From Lingula anatina (lineage: Eukaryota; Animalia; Brachiopoda), in assembly GCA_051362555.1 (NCBI GenBank), contig CM120648.1, positions 4,522,587 through 4,586,586 of the forward strand: a DNA stretch of 64,000 bases, written 5' to 3'. The notes under the pieces are model-generated. The model was not told the DNA's origin, made no database searches, and saw only the letters and a list, made by a program, of their open reading frames with translations. How positions within the stretch are numbered: the first letter of the stretch is position 1; each line of letters starts with the position of its first letter. Made by a program: the position numbers and the translations under genes. This document shows, one piece after another, positions 26,869-41,600 of the stretch.

Positions 26869-29639
26869 CAGCCATTAATTTTGTGTCTGAGATTCCAATT
26901 TTCAGTTATATTCTTTTTCTAACTGTGAAATGTCTCCAGTTTCTCAGTGCTTGTTTAAAATGGAAAGGAAGCAACAGAAGAAGAAACTGTTAATCAAACA
27001 TCACCGGTGACCCTTTCCATAAATCGCCTGATCCATTGGCCTTAGCATAGCCTGCTTAACTTATATAGCTAAACACTTAAAGCCAGTTCAGAGATTTCAA
27101 ACGAAGTTTTACAAACAAACAACCGACATACATGTTCCAAAAATTAACAATATTGAGTTGAAATCGGTATCAAAACAATGATGTAAAGGCAAGTGGCCTT
27201 AAGGATACTTCATGAAAAGCAAGTATAGACAGCTAAGAGTTTTAGAAGGCTAAGCTAAGGCTGGTTATTGACATAGGGCTATGCATGGACTTTTTTATGG
27301 GGGGGGGGGGTACATAGGAGTGTTAACCAATTTCTTATTTGGAAGTGCCAATAAGTCAAGTAGTTTTTGGTTAGTGGGTAATGTAGGGTCACTTTTTTCA
27401 CCAATACTAATATGTAATCAGAATTACTTCTGTAAAATTCATGAAGAGGAAAATGGCGAACAGTGTGCACTCTCAGGAAGAAAAAAAACTTTGTTCCAGA
27501 ATCACAATTTTTCATATCACATTCATTTTGTTAAAACATGCAGGATTTTATTTAGTTTGGGCTTTCATATTTTGATATTGAATTTTCAAGTTGAAGTGCA
27601 ACCTACAGCTGTCAAATCACCAAACATCTTTTAGAACTTGACCAACACAATCTTAAGCTGACATTACCTTTTATTAGTAAACATACTTGTGTTGTTCTTT
27701 ATGTGAGTCAAGACAAAAACAAAAGAAGGCACCGATATTGTCCAGGGAGGGGGGGGGGGGGGCAGGTGAAATCTTTAGGGTTCAAATGTCCTGTTTTTTT
27801 AATGCAGAGTCTTCTACTGAAGTAAAGTTGCATTTTCAAAATGTGTTGGTTGTTGGTTTTATTGGTTAATATTGTATAGTTGATACTTCAGTATCTTAAA
27901 ACTGGAGAACTCGGTCTGACTAGTGCACAATGTTAAACAATGTTTGCAAGAAGATCATGATGATGATAAAAATTATAATAGATAAATAATATTTAAGAAA
28001 ATCTAAACACCATAAAATTCTGTTCATTACACTTCACAAGGTTTCTCAAAATAAATGTATCTTTTATACCAAGATAGAAATGCTGGCCCAGAAGTTTTTG
28101 GTGGATTGAAGGATAAAAACTTTTATGTTCCAAATTTTATATGTGTAAGGAAAGAACATACCAGGTACAAAAGAAAGGATAATATTCTAGTTAAAAAAAT
28201 TGAGCATCAGGTGTTCCAAGTTTTATATTTAATAAACAGAATAAAAAATTCCTATTCAAGGGGCCATGTTCTGTAAATGTTCTTTAATGCATGGTTGTAG
28301 ATGATCCAAGGCTCTCTGTACTATCTGCATAATGATTATTTAAAATCCTATGTATTGAAACAACCAGTCTACAATATCGAAATGTCAAAAAATCTTAAAA
28401 ACCTAAAGTAATAGATGTTAGTGTACATTCTCTATATGCAAAAGTGGAAATGATAAGTTATACAAGGAAAAAAGTTTAAACTCATGAAGTATTTTTATAT
28501 GAAGTTGGCAAAACGCAATTATAGTCCGCGTTGATTTTTTATTCCAATGTCCACAGCAAAAACAATGTTCAGTAAAGCATACATATTGAAAATTTTAAAA
28601 TATAAATCTGTTGCTTCAAGCTTCCTGTAATAAATTACATAAGTTATTGCACATGTAGTAGTAAGGCTACCAGTCTCTTTGGTGTGTGTGTGTTTGTGTG
28701 TGTGTGTGTCAATACGCGTTTTGCACTCCTCTACTCGATAATATCAAATATAAGCACACAAAGACCAGGCCAGAAGCCAGCATTTTCATACGGGGTTACC
28801 TACACTTACACTAGTGGGCCTAATTTGGTCTTAAAGTGCAATTTAAGACTAAAACTTTTTACTGTTTAAGACCTTAACCACAAAGCCACCATGTACTTAA
28901 CTCAAAATTTCTCCCAGAGTGGATCTTTTCCAAGCAAAAAGTAGTTTGTTCCAACCCCTCCCCCTTCCCCACTGGCTACAGGCCTGCACATACAGTAATG
29001 TTGTCATAAAACCTTCCTTCTTACTTGATTTCTTCTTGCCTACATCAGCACCACTTAGTGGTCACATCTTTTGAAAGTGACAAAATGCTAATATATTGAG
29101 TAAAAATTCTTTCTCCATGTTGATATTAGCTATCATATGATAATTGCAGCAGCATGTAGTGACAACAAAAATAGCTCTAGCATTATGCTGTTGCCTATAT
29201 ACATGTATCATAATTAATAGTGAGCAATCGAGGAATTGCAATCCCATTCTTACTGTAATGATTATACAATCAGAAAGAAAATTATTCCACAATTTTTTGC
29301 AACCACATAAATTTTTGCATTTTCTTCATTTAGCTAACCTTAAACTCATCATGACACTTCAAGAGCTAGTTAACCATTTAAGCATGCTGTAGTAAAGAAT
29401 TTGCAGCGTACTACCTGTAATATTATGTAACTTGTTCTATCAAAATGATGTTTCTGAAAATATGTTTTATTAAGTAAACTTTGAATAATGTGATGATTTA
29501 TCAAATCCGCAGGCTGGTCATGTGACCACTCCTATAGAGTTAATATCTGTAAAAACTATTTTTTATGATACAAAATGTAAGCAGTTCTTGTTAAAATATC
29601 AGTTTTTCTCTTGGTTGTCAGTCTAGTAGTTTAATTTTT

Positions 29640-32600
29640 ATAACTGTCCTGTGTTTCTTTTGGCTGTTACTGACATCTGTCCACTAGTGCATCTGACTGC
29701 TTTAGGCACTTTTGGCTTCTGGGCTGTTTGAAAAGAAACAAGGAAAAAAATTGAGATCATTAAATGCACATTAAAAGTGAATTTCCAAAGTCCTAATAAG
29801 GAATTGTGTATCAATTATAAAATATAATATATCCTTGGAAGTTTAGAGTGATTGTGAACCACCGATTAAATGTGTGTGTTTAAAAATTCAGGTGTTATCA
29901 TGTTACAAATCCTTGGAAATTCAGATCAAAACGAGCACTCGTCGATATGGCATCCGTTGTGTACACTCCGCACTTGCCCCTTGAAACTTCAAATCCCGCA
30001 CAATCTTGTGTTCTCACGGAGAATTTAGCGGAAGTCACGTGACCGTGGAAAACACTGTATTGGCAAACATTTATGTGCATTGTAATGGTGGGCTATTTAC
30101 GTTAAGCTTTAAAACAACATACAATACAATACATACAGTCCTGTCAAGGGGTAACATTCTTAAACTACTGTTAGAATCCCTGGATCAGGAAAACAAGGAA
30201 AATGACCAAATCAATGGAAACCAAGATATATCATCTCTTCACATCCACTTACCAAACCACTAGATCAAAGAATCCTTCAAATCCAAACCTACAGTCCAGT
30301 AGGTTACCATTATCCCAGCGGACCTAAAATAGAGTAATTATTCACAATTATCACCAACAATGCACAAAAATCTCTTGTAAAGTTCAATTTGTTCAACTTA
30401 TTACATGATCAAGTAAAGTTGCAGAAAACTGCATTCTTATTATGATCGAACTGTAAAAAACTGTGCTCTAAGTTTGTTCTTTCTCTCAAGTTATTCAATA
30501 CGTACCCTCACGGTGCCATTCTCTGCCAGATTATAGACCACGCCCTTGCTGCCTGGTCCTCCGTCAATGTCTTTGTACATCCAGTCTGGGCCTGCATTCA
30601 GTAAAGGGTAATCATTTAATACTGTGTAGATTAGTTGTACGTTTTGTGTTTGAAAAGAATAAAGCTTTTAAAAGTTTCATTTGACCATTTGGAGTCTCCT
30701 CAAGGGACACACCGTGAATGTCCCCAATGAAAGTCTAGTAAAAGATTTTAAAATCCTTAAATTAATTTTGGGATGAAAAGCAAGTGATCATATCCATAAC
30801 TTAAATATCTTCAAAAATATATTGATTTGGGTCTAAAGATTCCTAGAATAACTATACATGTAGGGTCAAACTATAATAAGATGTAATCTTATATCATAAT
30901 ATCTGTTTTATGATTTGTCATGTCTTCTGGATATAAAGTAATAGATAAAAAAAAAACTTCAATGCAATTTCTTTAAATAAATCATACATTAGTCTTATTA
31001 TATTAAAATTTTTTGAAGGCTCAATGTAGCAGTTAGAGTATTATTTAATTTACCTCTTTGAACTCTGACCCCAATTTTAATGATGTCGCCAGGTGCCAGT
31101 TTACGCGGCTCATCCACAGCAAGGACATCATAGCAACCTCCGTGGCCATAGCGATATTTTAAGATGATGTTTGTACTGTCCCAGCTCACTCCTACTGAAC
31201 CTGAGAAAAGATGTCTATCTTTAGGACTCACGTGTCAATTAAATAAGCCAACAGTGGTGAAAGCATTGCCATCTTTGTTGACAGATGCAATTGAAAAGGC
31301 ACAAAGAATATATGCTGTATAAAAACTTCTAGTATAACTAATTAAGAATAAGAAGTAAGAACTGTTTGACTGGGATGTGACTTCATATCCTTCCCATTAA
31401 TAAATCCCTAAAGAAAAAATTAAGGAAAAAGAAAGAAAATCCAAGAGCTGAAAAAAAGGTATCATGGTAACTATACATGTTTTTTACATCTAGGTACCTT
31501 CAAGTTGGTGATAAAGTGAAAAGTGTTGATATCTCTATAAAGTAATTTTTCCTTATGAACATAAAGGCCTATGGTGCTAATTGTGTGCCTGTAGTTTCAT
31601 AACACTCACCCTTTTCGTCATAGCCTATCACAGTTCCCACTCCGTATCCATCCTCGTCTCCATAGTAATAGTCTGCTCCTCGCCTCACTCGTGTACCGAG
31701 CGGCAATCTACCCTCCACCTCCGAGGTGTCCTTGGTGCCTCGACTGTGGGAACACAGCAGGTGCCCTTCCTTGTGGAGTTGGCAGTACATCTTGTACATA
31801 GTTTTCTAAATAAATAGAGAAAGGAGTTGTGAAATTCATCCCAATATTTCATTTTAATTTTTTTTCACAATAATTATTACTGTTAATCTTACGTGCAGTG
31901 AAGGCCCCCATGAGGCTTACATTCATGTCTTGGTTTTCTAATGATCATGGCAATTTCAGATAAATTATTATAGGTTTAAGGGTGCATTCACAATCAAATG
32001 AGGTAGTTCCAACTAACTCTGCAGGGACTCTCGCAGCAATCAGATTGAAAGATTAACACGCTTCCAGGTGTGGTGTAGAATAGAGCAAATTTAACTGGTG
32101 ATTATATGAGTACGTTGGAAATAAGAGGAGGCATGTTAATCTGTTAACCTGACTGTATTCAGCAAGACTCCCATGGAGAGTTAGGTTCAACTACCCAGTA
32201 CAATAGTTTCATGGTGAATTAACACATCTTAAGTAAGCTAAGTCCCCTACCAATCCCCACCCCCAAACACCAAACTCACCAGTTCCATATCTTCTAGCTG
32301 GTGCTCTCCCAGACCATCATTTTTCTTTCTGTCAGTGGTCATTAAAGTAGAACCAAAAACCACCTCATCAGCCTTAGCGTCACATTTCCCAGTCATGTCT
32401 GAATAACAACCAAATCAAAGGTATACATACAACAAATATAGTTGAATAGCAATCTTACTATCAAACAAGCAGTCTTTTACAATAATTCTTGAACTGTAAA
32501 TGCTTCCTGGGTAGCTTTCAAAAACAGCTGGTGAAACTTTTCAAGTAAAGGTTAATGCATTTATAAAAGTTTCAACAAATGAGACATATTTTCCAAGCAG

Positions 32601-35600
32601 CAAATTTCACAGTTGTACTTACTGTGGTAAGAGGCTGCAAAGTTGCATATTTTCACCTGAAATAAATTGAATAATACACTTTATAATTTTATTATTTACC
32701 AAATACATCTCAAAAACAAATTTCGGAAAAAAATATGAAAAATTACAAGACAGAGTACGCTGTTCACACAAATCATCTTATTAACTATTTAATCTGGAAA
32801 CTGTAAAATTCACCAATTTTGACTTATGAACCCATATTGCTTTGGTTGAAAGTAGAAAAGGGAATTTGGAAATTACTTTATTGCTTTTAGTTAAAAAGCA
32901 CTTAAGTGTAGTTGCCATGGTAACCTACCAGTCGTCGGTAGTAGAGACCAATAGAATCCATGGCTTCCTCATCGTCAATGTCAAAGTAGTTACCATTGAC
33001 TGTCTTAGCAGCTGATGTCAGAATGTCCTAAAGTGAACAATAATATATTAATCATAAAATGATTACATTAGTTTATAATTATTATACTATAACAATATAC
33101 TGTAATTAAAGACATTTGATTTATTGCAAGACACCTTATTAAGGAAAAATGCATTCAATAGGGGATAAAATATGGGGGCGTGAAATATAAATATATGCTT
33201 GGACTAATTTTGCACCATCATAGCATCATTTTGAGTTTGGAAAGTAACTGTTACATTTTTCTCCATAAAGTGACTCTCACTCAATACATATTATAATTAA
33301 TACATATTATACTACATGTATATTCTAGTTAGTTACTAAAAAAAATTAAGCAGTTCTTATATCACTTTTAATGAAGCAGCTGGCACATGTGCAATAAAAA
33401 CTTAGGTGTTTTGACATAAATTGCTATCATGTACCTTGTTTTTGTTGCCACAACCAATAAAGACGATCTTGGCTTTCAAATTATTTTTGTCTGTGGTCAA
33501 TGCATAGGATTGAAGGGACTCCATGAACTGGTACAGTGGCTGGAATGAGACAAGGGATTTTATTGGCTTGAACATTTATCTTAGTTACAGTGGTAGAGAG
33601 TGGTATCATAATTAGACAAAAAGTGTAAATTCATGACTTGATAGATTTTTTTTTGACATTTCTGTCATAAATTCCAAATTCAATTTTTAAGGTTTCAGCA
33701 ACTTTTATATATTGAAACAAAATCCAAAATTTTTTTTTTACCACTTTTGATATAAAAAATATCTCTGAAAAAGTAGTGGACTATTGTAGATTTATTGAAT
33801 AATTGTGAAGAGAAACAGTATATATATATACATACAATATCCTGGGGATTTGTGACATCCTCATCATCATCTTGTCCCCCGTCTCCTGCCTGTGCTGCAC
33901 TTAAATTTCCATCACTAAAGATGAGGATGCGAGGTGGAATTTTAAAGCCATAAAGATTGACACTGGCATCTGAAATTAATGGACATTATGTTTAATTGCA
34001 AATAATTATGATAACAAGTTTTGTAAAAATAACTTACTGAAAACAATTATTATTTTGAAATTCAAATTAAGAAAAAAATGGCCAAAAGTTAAATGATTTA
34101 AATAAATGTTTTAACAATAAATTGTACAATGCATGTGCATGTAAGCATATAAATTAACAGATAACCTCGGTAAAACATACATCATGTAATATACTCTAGC
34201 TACGATGATAGAATAGTTATGCTTTTATAATACTTATTACGATTTTATATAACTTATTGTAATATTGTATTAAAAGTATAACAATATTACAATAAATTAT
34301 ATAAAATCATAAAAGCTTGCTGTTACTTGTGTCTTTCAGCTCTTTGGTGGCCGCCTCAAAGGCTTGGCCGAGGGGTGACAGGCCACGGGGAGTCAAAGAC
34401 TCTGGAAATATTGAATATTACAATTTGATTAATATACATTTATTTATTTTAGAGCAGTCAGAGCACACTGACCAAATTAAATTACAATGAGATAACTATT
34501 TTTTTAAATAACATTTCAAGAAATAAAAAATATAGATAAAAAGATCAAATCCAATGTTGCATTAAAAAAATTCATCATGCAATAATTTAACTTAAAAATA
34601 AACACAGTTTTAAAATTATGACAGAAATCAAATGTTATCAATTTTATATTGTCTAAAAAGTGATATGCAACTAACTTGTAAGTGAATTAAGATCCAAACA
34701 TATATTTTAAATACACTTTTTAATAATAAATAATTTTCTTCAATGATTACCAAGGCATTTTTCCAGTTGATCCGTGTTATTAGTCAGTGGTACCTTCACT
34801 GCTGTCTCTCGCCCAAATACCACAATAGATATCCTTTCTTGATATCCAGTCTTATAGGCAAAAGTATCAGCATCTGCAATACATCACAGCCATGTGAATA
34901 CAAATTTAACTTAATTCAGCAAGACACTTTGAAAAATATTTGCCTTTTTTAAAAGATGTCATATTTCATTATGTGCCCAAGGATTTCAAAATTAAAGCAC
35001 TTGGAACCATTGGCCACCTCTGTACTTTGAGAACTGTATGAATAACAATATCTGAGAAACACATGCTCCAGAACTTAAAGTAAACTTGAAATAAGTTTGA
35101 ATTTATGTACATGTGCATGTATGCAAGTGAGAGTGCCCACAACTTTGCAAACTTTTTATTGCAACCTTCTGGTCGAAGGCACCATGCATGTTCCATACTT
35201 CCCAGTACCCAACATGTTACATGTGCCTGCATGCCCAAGTGGTAACATATACTTACTATTCAGCAAGCTCCTAATGGCTCCCTTCACCTGATTAAAGGGG
35301 TCCCCAGCCATACTTCCAGACAGGTCCAGACACAGCACTGTGGCCAGACCCAGGGGCACTGAAGTATAGGTTCTGAATTATACATAGTTTTATCATATGG
35401 GGATCAAAAGTTACAAGTTTAACAAGCTATAGACTGGGTACAATTACAATGAAAGCTCGCAATCTACTGATATGAAAACAAAGGTAAAACGTAACAATAA
35501 TCATTGTATTTTCAGATTCTGTCCTTTTACATGAGAACATATACCTTCAATATACAGCCAGGACTTGGAAAAAATTTAAAGGAGTGACCAAAAAATAATT

Positions 35601-38600
35601 AATTAAAAAATTATGAAAATTGCAATAAAAAATAATCAAATATAAAACCAACCTGTGTAGTAAGCAGTATTTCCACCTGCTGCAGTTGTGTAGTAAGCAG
35701 TATTAGTAGCCCCTCCATAAGTCTCATACACATCATCTCCGTAACCGACATCGTTTTCCAGGCTGTCATTGTACATGTTTTCTGCGGATGTCTGATAATC
35801 TTCCACTACATTGTTGTACTGTGCTGATCTTTGCATTGTGTCCAGCAAAACAGCAGCGCCATCTGGTGACTGGTTTTTGCTGTCTCCAGAGCCAATATTA
35901 TTGGGAGATGGGTGCGGGGACGTAATTGTTCCACGCCCAGTGCCACGCCCCCTGGTGTACATAATATTGCCCCTTCCAAGGCCCCCTCTTAACCCTCCGC
36001 GTGGAGTTGTTCCCCCTGGCATCCTCATCACAGAAACAAGGCGTTGCTGGCACATTGCGCGTAACTGCGTGATGGTGGCAGTTGCCTGAACAGAAGATTC
36101 CTGGTACTCTTTTTGAAGTTTTGAAAGCTCTGCTTCCTTATCTCTAAGGTCTTGTAATACTTGATCTAACTCCATATCCTTTGCTTGTTTTAATTCCTCA
36201 CATTTTTCATTCAGTTTATTGATTTCACTGTCCTTTGTCTTCAATTGATCCTCAAACTCTGTTTTAACTTTCTCAATCTCTGAACTCTTGGCTTCCCGTT
36301 CCTGGTCTATGGTATCTTGAAGGTTTTCATTCTCCTCCTCAAGGTCTTTGATTGTGGTGTCTTGCAGCTTCTTTACTTTCTGTTTAACGGCCATAAGCTC
36401 TTGCTCAAGGTAGCTATTGGTGCTGCTGAGGCGAATATGTGAGCTCTTCATCTCCTGCCATCTTGGAAACAAGGCCACAAAAGGAGAGCTTGGAACTTCA
36501 TCTTGGACGTTTCTAGCTGAAGTGGTGTTTTTTGGCACCTCTTGATGTCCAGGGGGAACCGCGCTTTGGGGGTTATCTTGTCTTCTTGATCGGGAAATAG
36601 CATCATCTCTGCCAGCACTGTTAATGTTGGGTTCTGAAAAAGTACAACATACAAACATTTGATTGCATGTTATCCAAAGAAATATGAGATGTGCTTTTCA
36701 TGTAGCACACTGATATCAGTAGTGTGATTGCCATGTCTGTAGTGAGGTTTGTGCAAACAACACTTGAAGTTTCAAATTTTCTCATATTTGTTTTGCTGAT
36801 AAGGTCAGCCCTTGGGTAGTGGTACACGCACAAACATACACGTCTAACTACAGATGGTTTACTGGTTCCCATCCTTTACTTTTGAATATGACCGTTTTTT
36901 TTTTTAATAAATCACATTAACAATTAATTTTCACCAGCCAATGACAACCATAATTTTCATTAAAGTGCATGCTAATTTGAGTAACAACTACCACATAATG
37001 ATCCAGACAACAACTGAATTGCAATTATTTCGTAGAATTCAAATTTGAATTTATTTGTAAGTACTTAATTGTTTAACCCAAATATAGTACTTTTATTGTA
37101 TTGATATCAGCTATCTAGTTTCTATATACACATATTTTAATATTAAAATATACTCAATATGTACATTTTCATACAAACCTTTCTGCAGCGTCAACAATGT
37201 TCTCATTTTTAGTGACGTCTGAGTATCCATATTGGTTGAACACTTAACCACCAGGTCAAGGTCACCAACATTTTCTTGGACATCCTCCGTCAAAACCACT
37301 TGGCCAATCGCCTGGGACAAGTTTGACGATCCTGTACTACGAGTCTCCTGAAGGAGTGAATCCACTGCTTGAGTGCTGTATATGGCGACCTCTACTGATC
37401 TGACACTTTGAATCAGGCTCAGGACTGGGTACCCACACCTGGAGATGGCGCTAGTGATGGCCTGCTGCCAAGAGGAGCTAGACCAGTGACTGTTCATGTG
37501 TTGTTCTGCTGTGGTAAGTTTGTGAATAGAAGCAGGGTTGAATGATTTACCTTGCTTTGGTGCGAAATCAAGCCTGAACTTCAGCGTGGTGCTTGGGGGA
37601 TCTACAAAAAAAAAGCCCAAAATTACTAATTACAAATACTTCTTTTTCTACATTGGGGGGTGTATAGAAGGGATTCAAAATGTACACACAGATAATACCA
37701 ACTACCTTATTAAAGAATCATGTTAAGGTAATGTTTTTTCTTAATTTTTCTAAAAGTTAAGTTTCTGGACAAATCAAATTGGTACCATTAATATTATCAT
37801 GAAGTCAGAATAATTTAAGATACTGTAACACACACCAGGTATTACCTTTGCACTTGGCTAGGAGTGCCGCCAGCCCCTGCTGGTTTAATGCAATCAAAGC
37901 CATTACCAGTCCATCAAAACCAACATCGCCCAAGTTGTTCAAAACATCGAGTGTCTTCTCAACCTTTTGTTGGTTTCCTTCAGTACCAATTATAGATTTG
38001 AAATCTTCAGCTTTCATGTAGCCTCTCTCCTGCAATGTGGCCGCCAGCCAGTCGCCATCCACTAGGTCCACCAAAGCTGACTTGTGTTTCTCTAACGATG
38101 TTTTGTTTTTTGATGACAAAGGACCATTTCCTGTCACCAGAGCTACTGGTCTTCCTAGATAAATAAACCACTTGTTATTGTAAAAAATATGTACAGACAT
38201 TTATTTTTTAATAAATTATTTTTAATCATTTCATTCTTATCAATTTTATTCTAGGTCAATGATCGCTCACTTTAATATAAACTGAGTAACAAACAGAATA
38301 GTCTGGAATTAAAACATGTTATTATATTATGGCATGGTTTTATTACCATTAAATGTTTCCCCACTGGCCTGTTCAACCCCATTCAACAGCGAGGCTCCTG
38401 TCAAATCTGTCTGTGTAGAAGATGGAGTGAGAATCTGTGAGGTTCCTGTCAAATCTGTCTGTGTAGAAGATGGGGTGAGGATCTGTGAAGCACCTGTCAA
38501 ATCTGTCTGTGTGGAAGATGGAACGAGGATTTGCGAAGCTCCTGTCAAATCTGTCTGTGTAGAAGATGGAGTAAGGACCCGTGGAGATCCTGCTTTATCA

Positions 38601-41600
38601 GTTTGGACAGTGGCAGCAGACATTATGATACTCTGTGTCTGGTTCCCTACACTGGATACACTGATCCTTGACCTCTGTGGCTCTTGATCATTGACCTCTG
38701 TTCTGGGCTTTCCCTCTGTTTGAACGCCCATGGTGCTAAATGTGGGTGTGGCCTCTCTTGGATTGCCTTCATTACTGGAGTAAGGTAGAATTGAATTTAA
38801 TGCCATAATGTGAGTTAAATTAGAAAAGATCATTTTGAGAATCACCTAAGAAGTAAAAATGCTGTAACAGCAATGAAGATCATAGATCGAAAAACATTTA
38901 GACTAAGACTAAAGTTTTTTTAAAGTGTTAATTTAAAATATTTAAAAATTCATGCTACAATTTGAATATATTGCAATGATTCGAAATCATAAACATTTTA
39001 GGAATTTCAAAATAAAATTTTTAATAAATGCCTAAAATTCCATGAGATTTTAACTTTTCTTAGTTTTGGCACATCAAAAAATTAACAGCTGAAGTAAACA
39101 AATGCCTAAGACCACATTCACAATGAGTTGAGCCATGGCTTTACAAATCCTGGAACTAAATATGGGGGACGTACATGAAAGAAAAACCGCCTAATCATTT
39201 AATATTCTCTCCGCTTCTCACACACCTCCCCACACGTCGTCCCTGTGGGCGTACAATCATTAAATCTTGGCTCCATTGGGATGACGCATGGGGAGGCGTG
39301 TGAGAGGCAGAGAGACTATTAAAAGATTAGGCGTTTTTTCTTTCATGTACGTACGCCATATTTAGTTCCAGGATTTGTAAAGCCTGGCTCAACTCATTGT
39401 GAATGCGATCTAAGCAACTTCTTGCAGGTGCCAGTGCCTGACAACTGTCAGTCATATGTGATAATATCTATGATACCATCAAAACTGTTAAAAAGAGCTG
39501 TTACTTGATATTTCAGGGTTGCTCAATAATGTTGTTCCAGAAATCTGTTCAAAATTTCAATTCAAAAGCTTGTGAACTGTTGATGTTACTAAGGTTTGAA
39601 ATTAGTCATTTTTTTAATTAAGCCACCCAATATTATAGTAATCTTAAGCTGCAATTATAACACTGCACTGGCAGTTTAATCAAATTGTCATTTTCAACTC
39701 CAAATATTAAAATGAAAATCTTAAACAGCAGTCTAGGGTTTCTTTATCTAGATATAATTAATATAATACTTACCCACGTTCCATCCCAATTGTGTCAAAC
39801 TCCTTGGTCCACTCATAGACAATGACAGGGGTGTGGCCAGGGGGGAGAGAGTCCAAGAGGCACACCTGGGGGGCTATACCCTGGGGAAATTTTATGAGAA
39901 ATAATTGTTTTGACACTGTGTTATCAATACCTTAATTTCAAGTCCAAATTTGGTGGAAAATTGCTTTAATGGTTTCCTTTTATGCCTGCTTTTATTTCAA
40001 AATTATAATTATAGCCTAAAATACAAGTCAGAATATGGACACACAGTTCTACCAATCATACCATGGGAACTTGTTCTTCATCAGAGAAGTCAATGAGTTC
40101 GGCCAGAGGAGGCGCGGGGATGGTGGTGGGATTAATGCACCCTGGGCCAAAGTCGTTAAAAACTTCGGGCACTGAAAATAGGTCGTCCAGTCCCATTGGC
40201 TGCACTGATTCTGTGTGGGGACGGTCATCCGCTTTTTTAGCCAGGTTTATAAGGCTATCTTCTGGGGACAAACTCTCTGAAAAATTTGTAGAAATAAATG
40301 ATAAAATGTGTATGTGATACATGGTGCAGCACGTTTCTCATGTATAGTCTATTGTCGACGTCTATTCACCATAAAAACAGAAAACTTTTTCTTAAGAGAC
40401 AAGATGTTTCAAACCTTCATAAATGACTTGATCACATGTATGTATGACTAATTGTGCTAGTTTTTAGTAACTATATTTCCTTTTCTGTCAAAGGAGAGGA
40501 TGTTGATCCATGAAAATAAGGAAATGGAAAGATAAATCTGTGGTTTAAAATTTTTCCAGTCCATATCATATTTGGATGTCTTAGTCACCGATGTAAATTT
40601 TACAAAGAAAAAAAAAATCATCAAAGATAAATATCATTGTATAATAATGTCTATAATATAATACTTTTTAAAGAAAATGAATAAATTTAAAGGTGAATTT
40701 TAATGAAATTTGCAGATTAAGATAATCATTTACTACAGGTAATATATGTACGTATTGCATCCTATATTTACTAGTATGTAAAAAAGCTGACATTTAATGA
40801 ATATTTTTGCAGGCCCATAGCAAGCAATTTCAAGGGGTAGGGGGGATCTAAATTTTCCGAAAAAAATGAACCTTTTCCCAATTTATAATCAGAGTCATGT
40901 GCCTATATAAATTTTTCCCAGATGAGGCCTAATTTTCTCTGCAAAAAGAATTGGTTTGAACCCCTAAACGCCATTGACTACAGGCCTGCATGGTTACCAG
41001 TAGTCTCATCGAATTTCTGAACTGGAAGGACCCACCACATGCACCATACTATAGTAAAGTACTTACCAGCCACCGGCACAGGTGGCGATGATGTCCGGAC
41101 ACTCTCTATAGACTGATGTCGCTCTGATTGCAGACGCTCCTCAAGGGCTTCCTGGCGGTCATGCAGCTCATTCTGTCTCTGTTTAATGGACTCTAAATGC
41201 ATTTTAATCTCCTCAAGGGCTTGGGTGATTGCCTGTGAGGCAGACACAGTGGTGGTTTGTTGGTGCTCCAGCGCTACCATTCTGGAGACAAACTGTTGCT
41301 GCTGTGACTTGCACGAAGCAGTAAGATTTGCCTGACGCTGATTCAAAGCCTGCAATGTATCTTGGGTTTTCTTTAACTCTTTTTCCAAATTCTCTACAAC
41401 CACTGGTGGCAAGGCAGGTGGAGGTGTCTGTGGCAATGCTTGGGAGTTCTGTGAGGATTTCACTTCTTGGGAGAGACAATGAATCTGCCCTAGCAGTTGA
41501 CCTTGTCCTTTTTTCAGACTGCTGATTTCTGCCTTAACCCATGCCAACTGATAAAGAAGAGAGAGTTATAAATTCTTCATTTTCTCCCTAAATTCGATCC

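Noticed and set aside
26900-29600. Short ORFs between DDI and gene A
   Set aside because: AT-rich 3'UTR/intergenic sequence with no coherent exon chain or domain similarity.
38316-38687. Plus-strand ORF with APVKSVCVEDG repeats
   Set aside because: Antisense shadow of gene A's 48-bp coding repeat. Splice sites support the minus strand.
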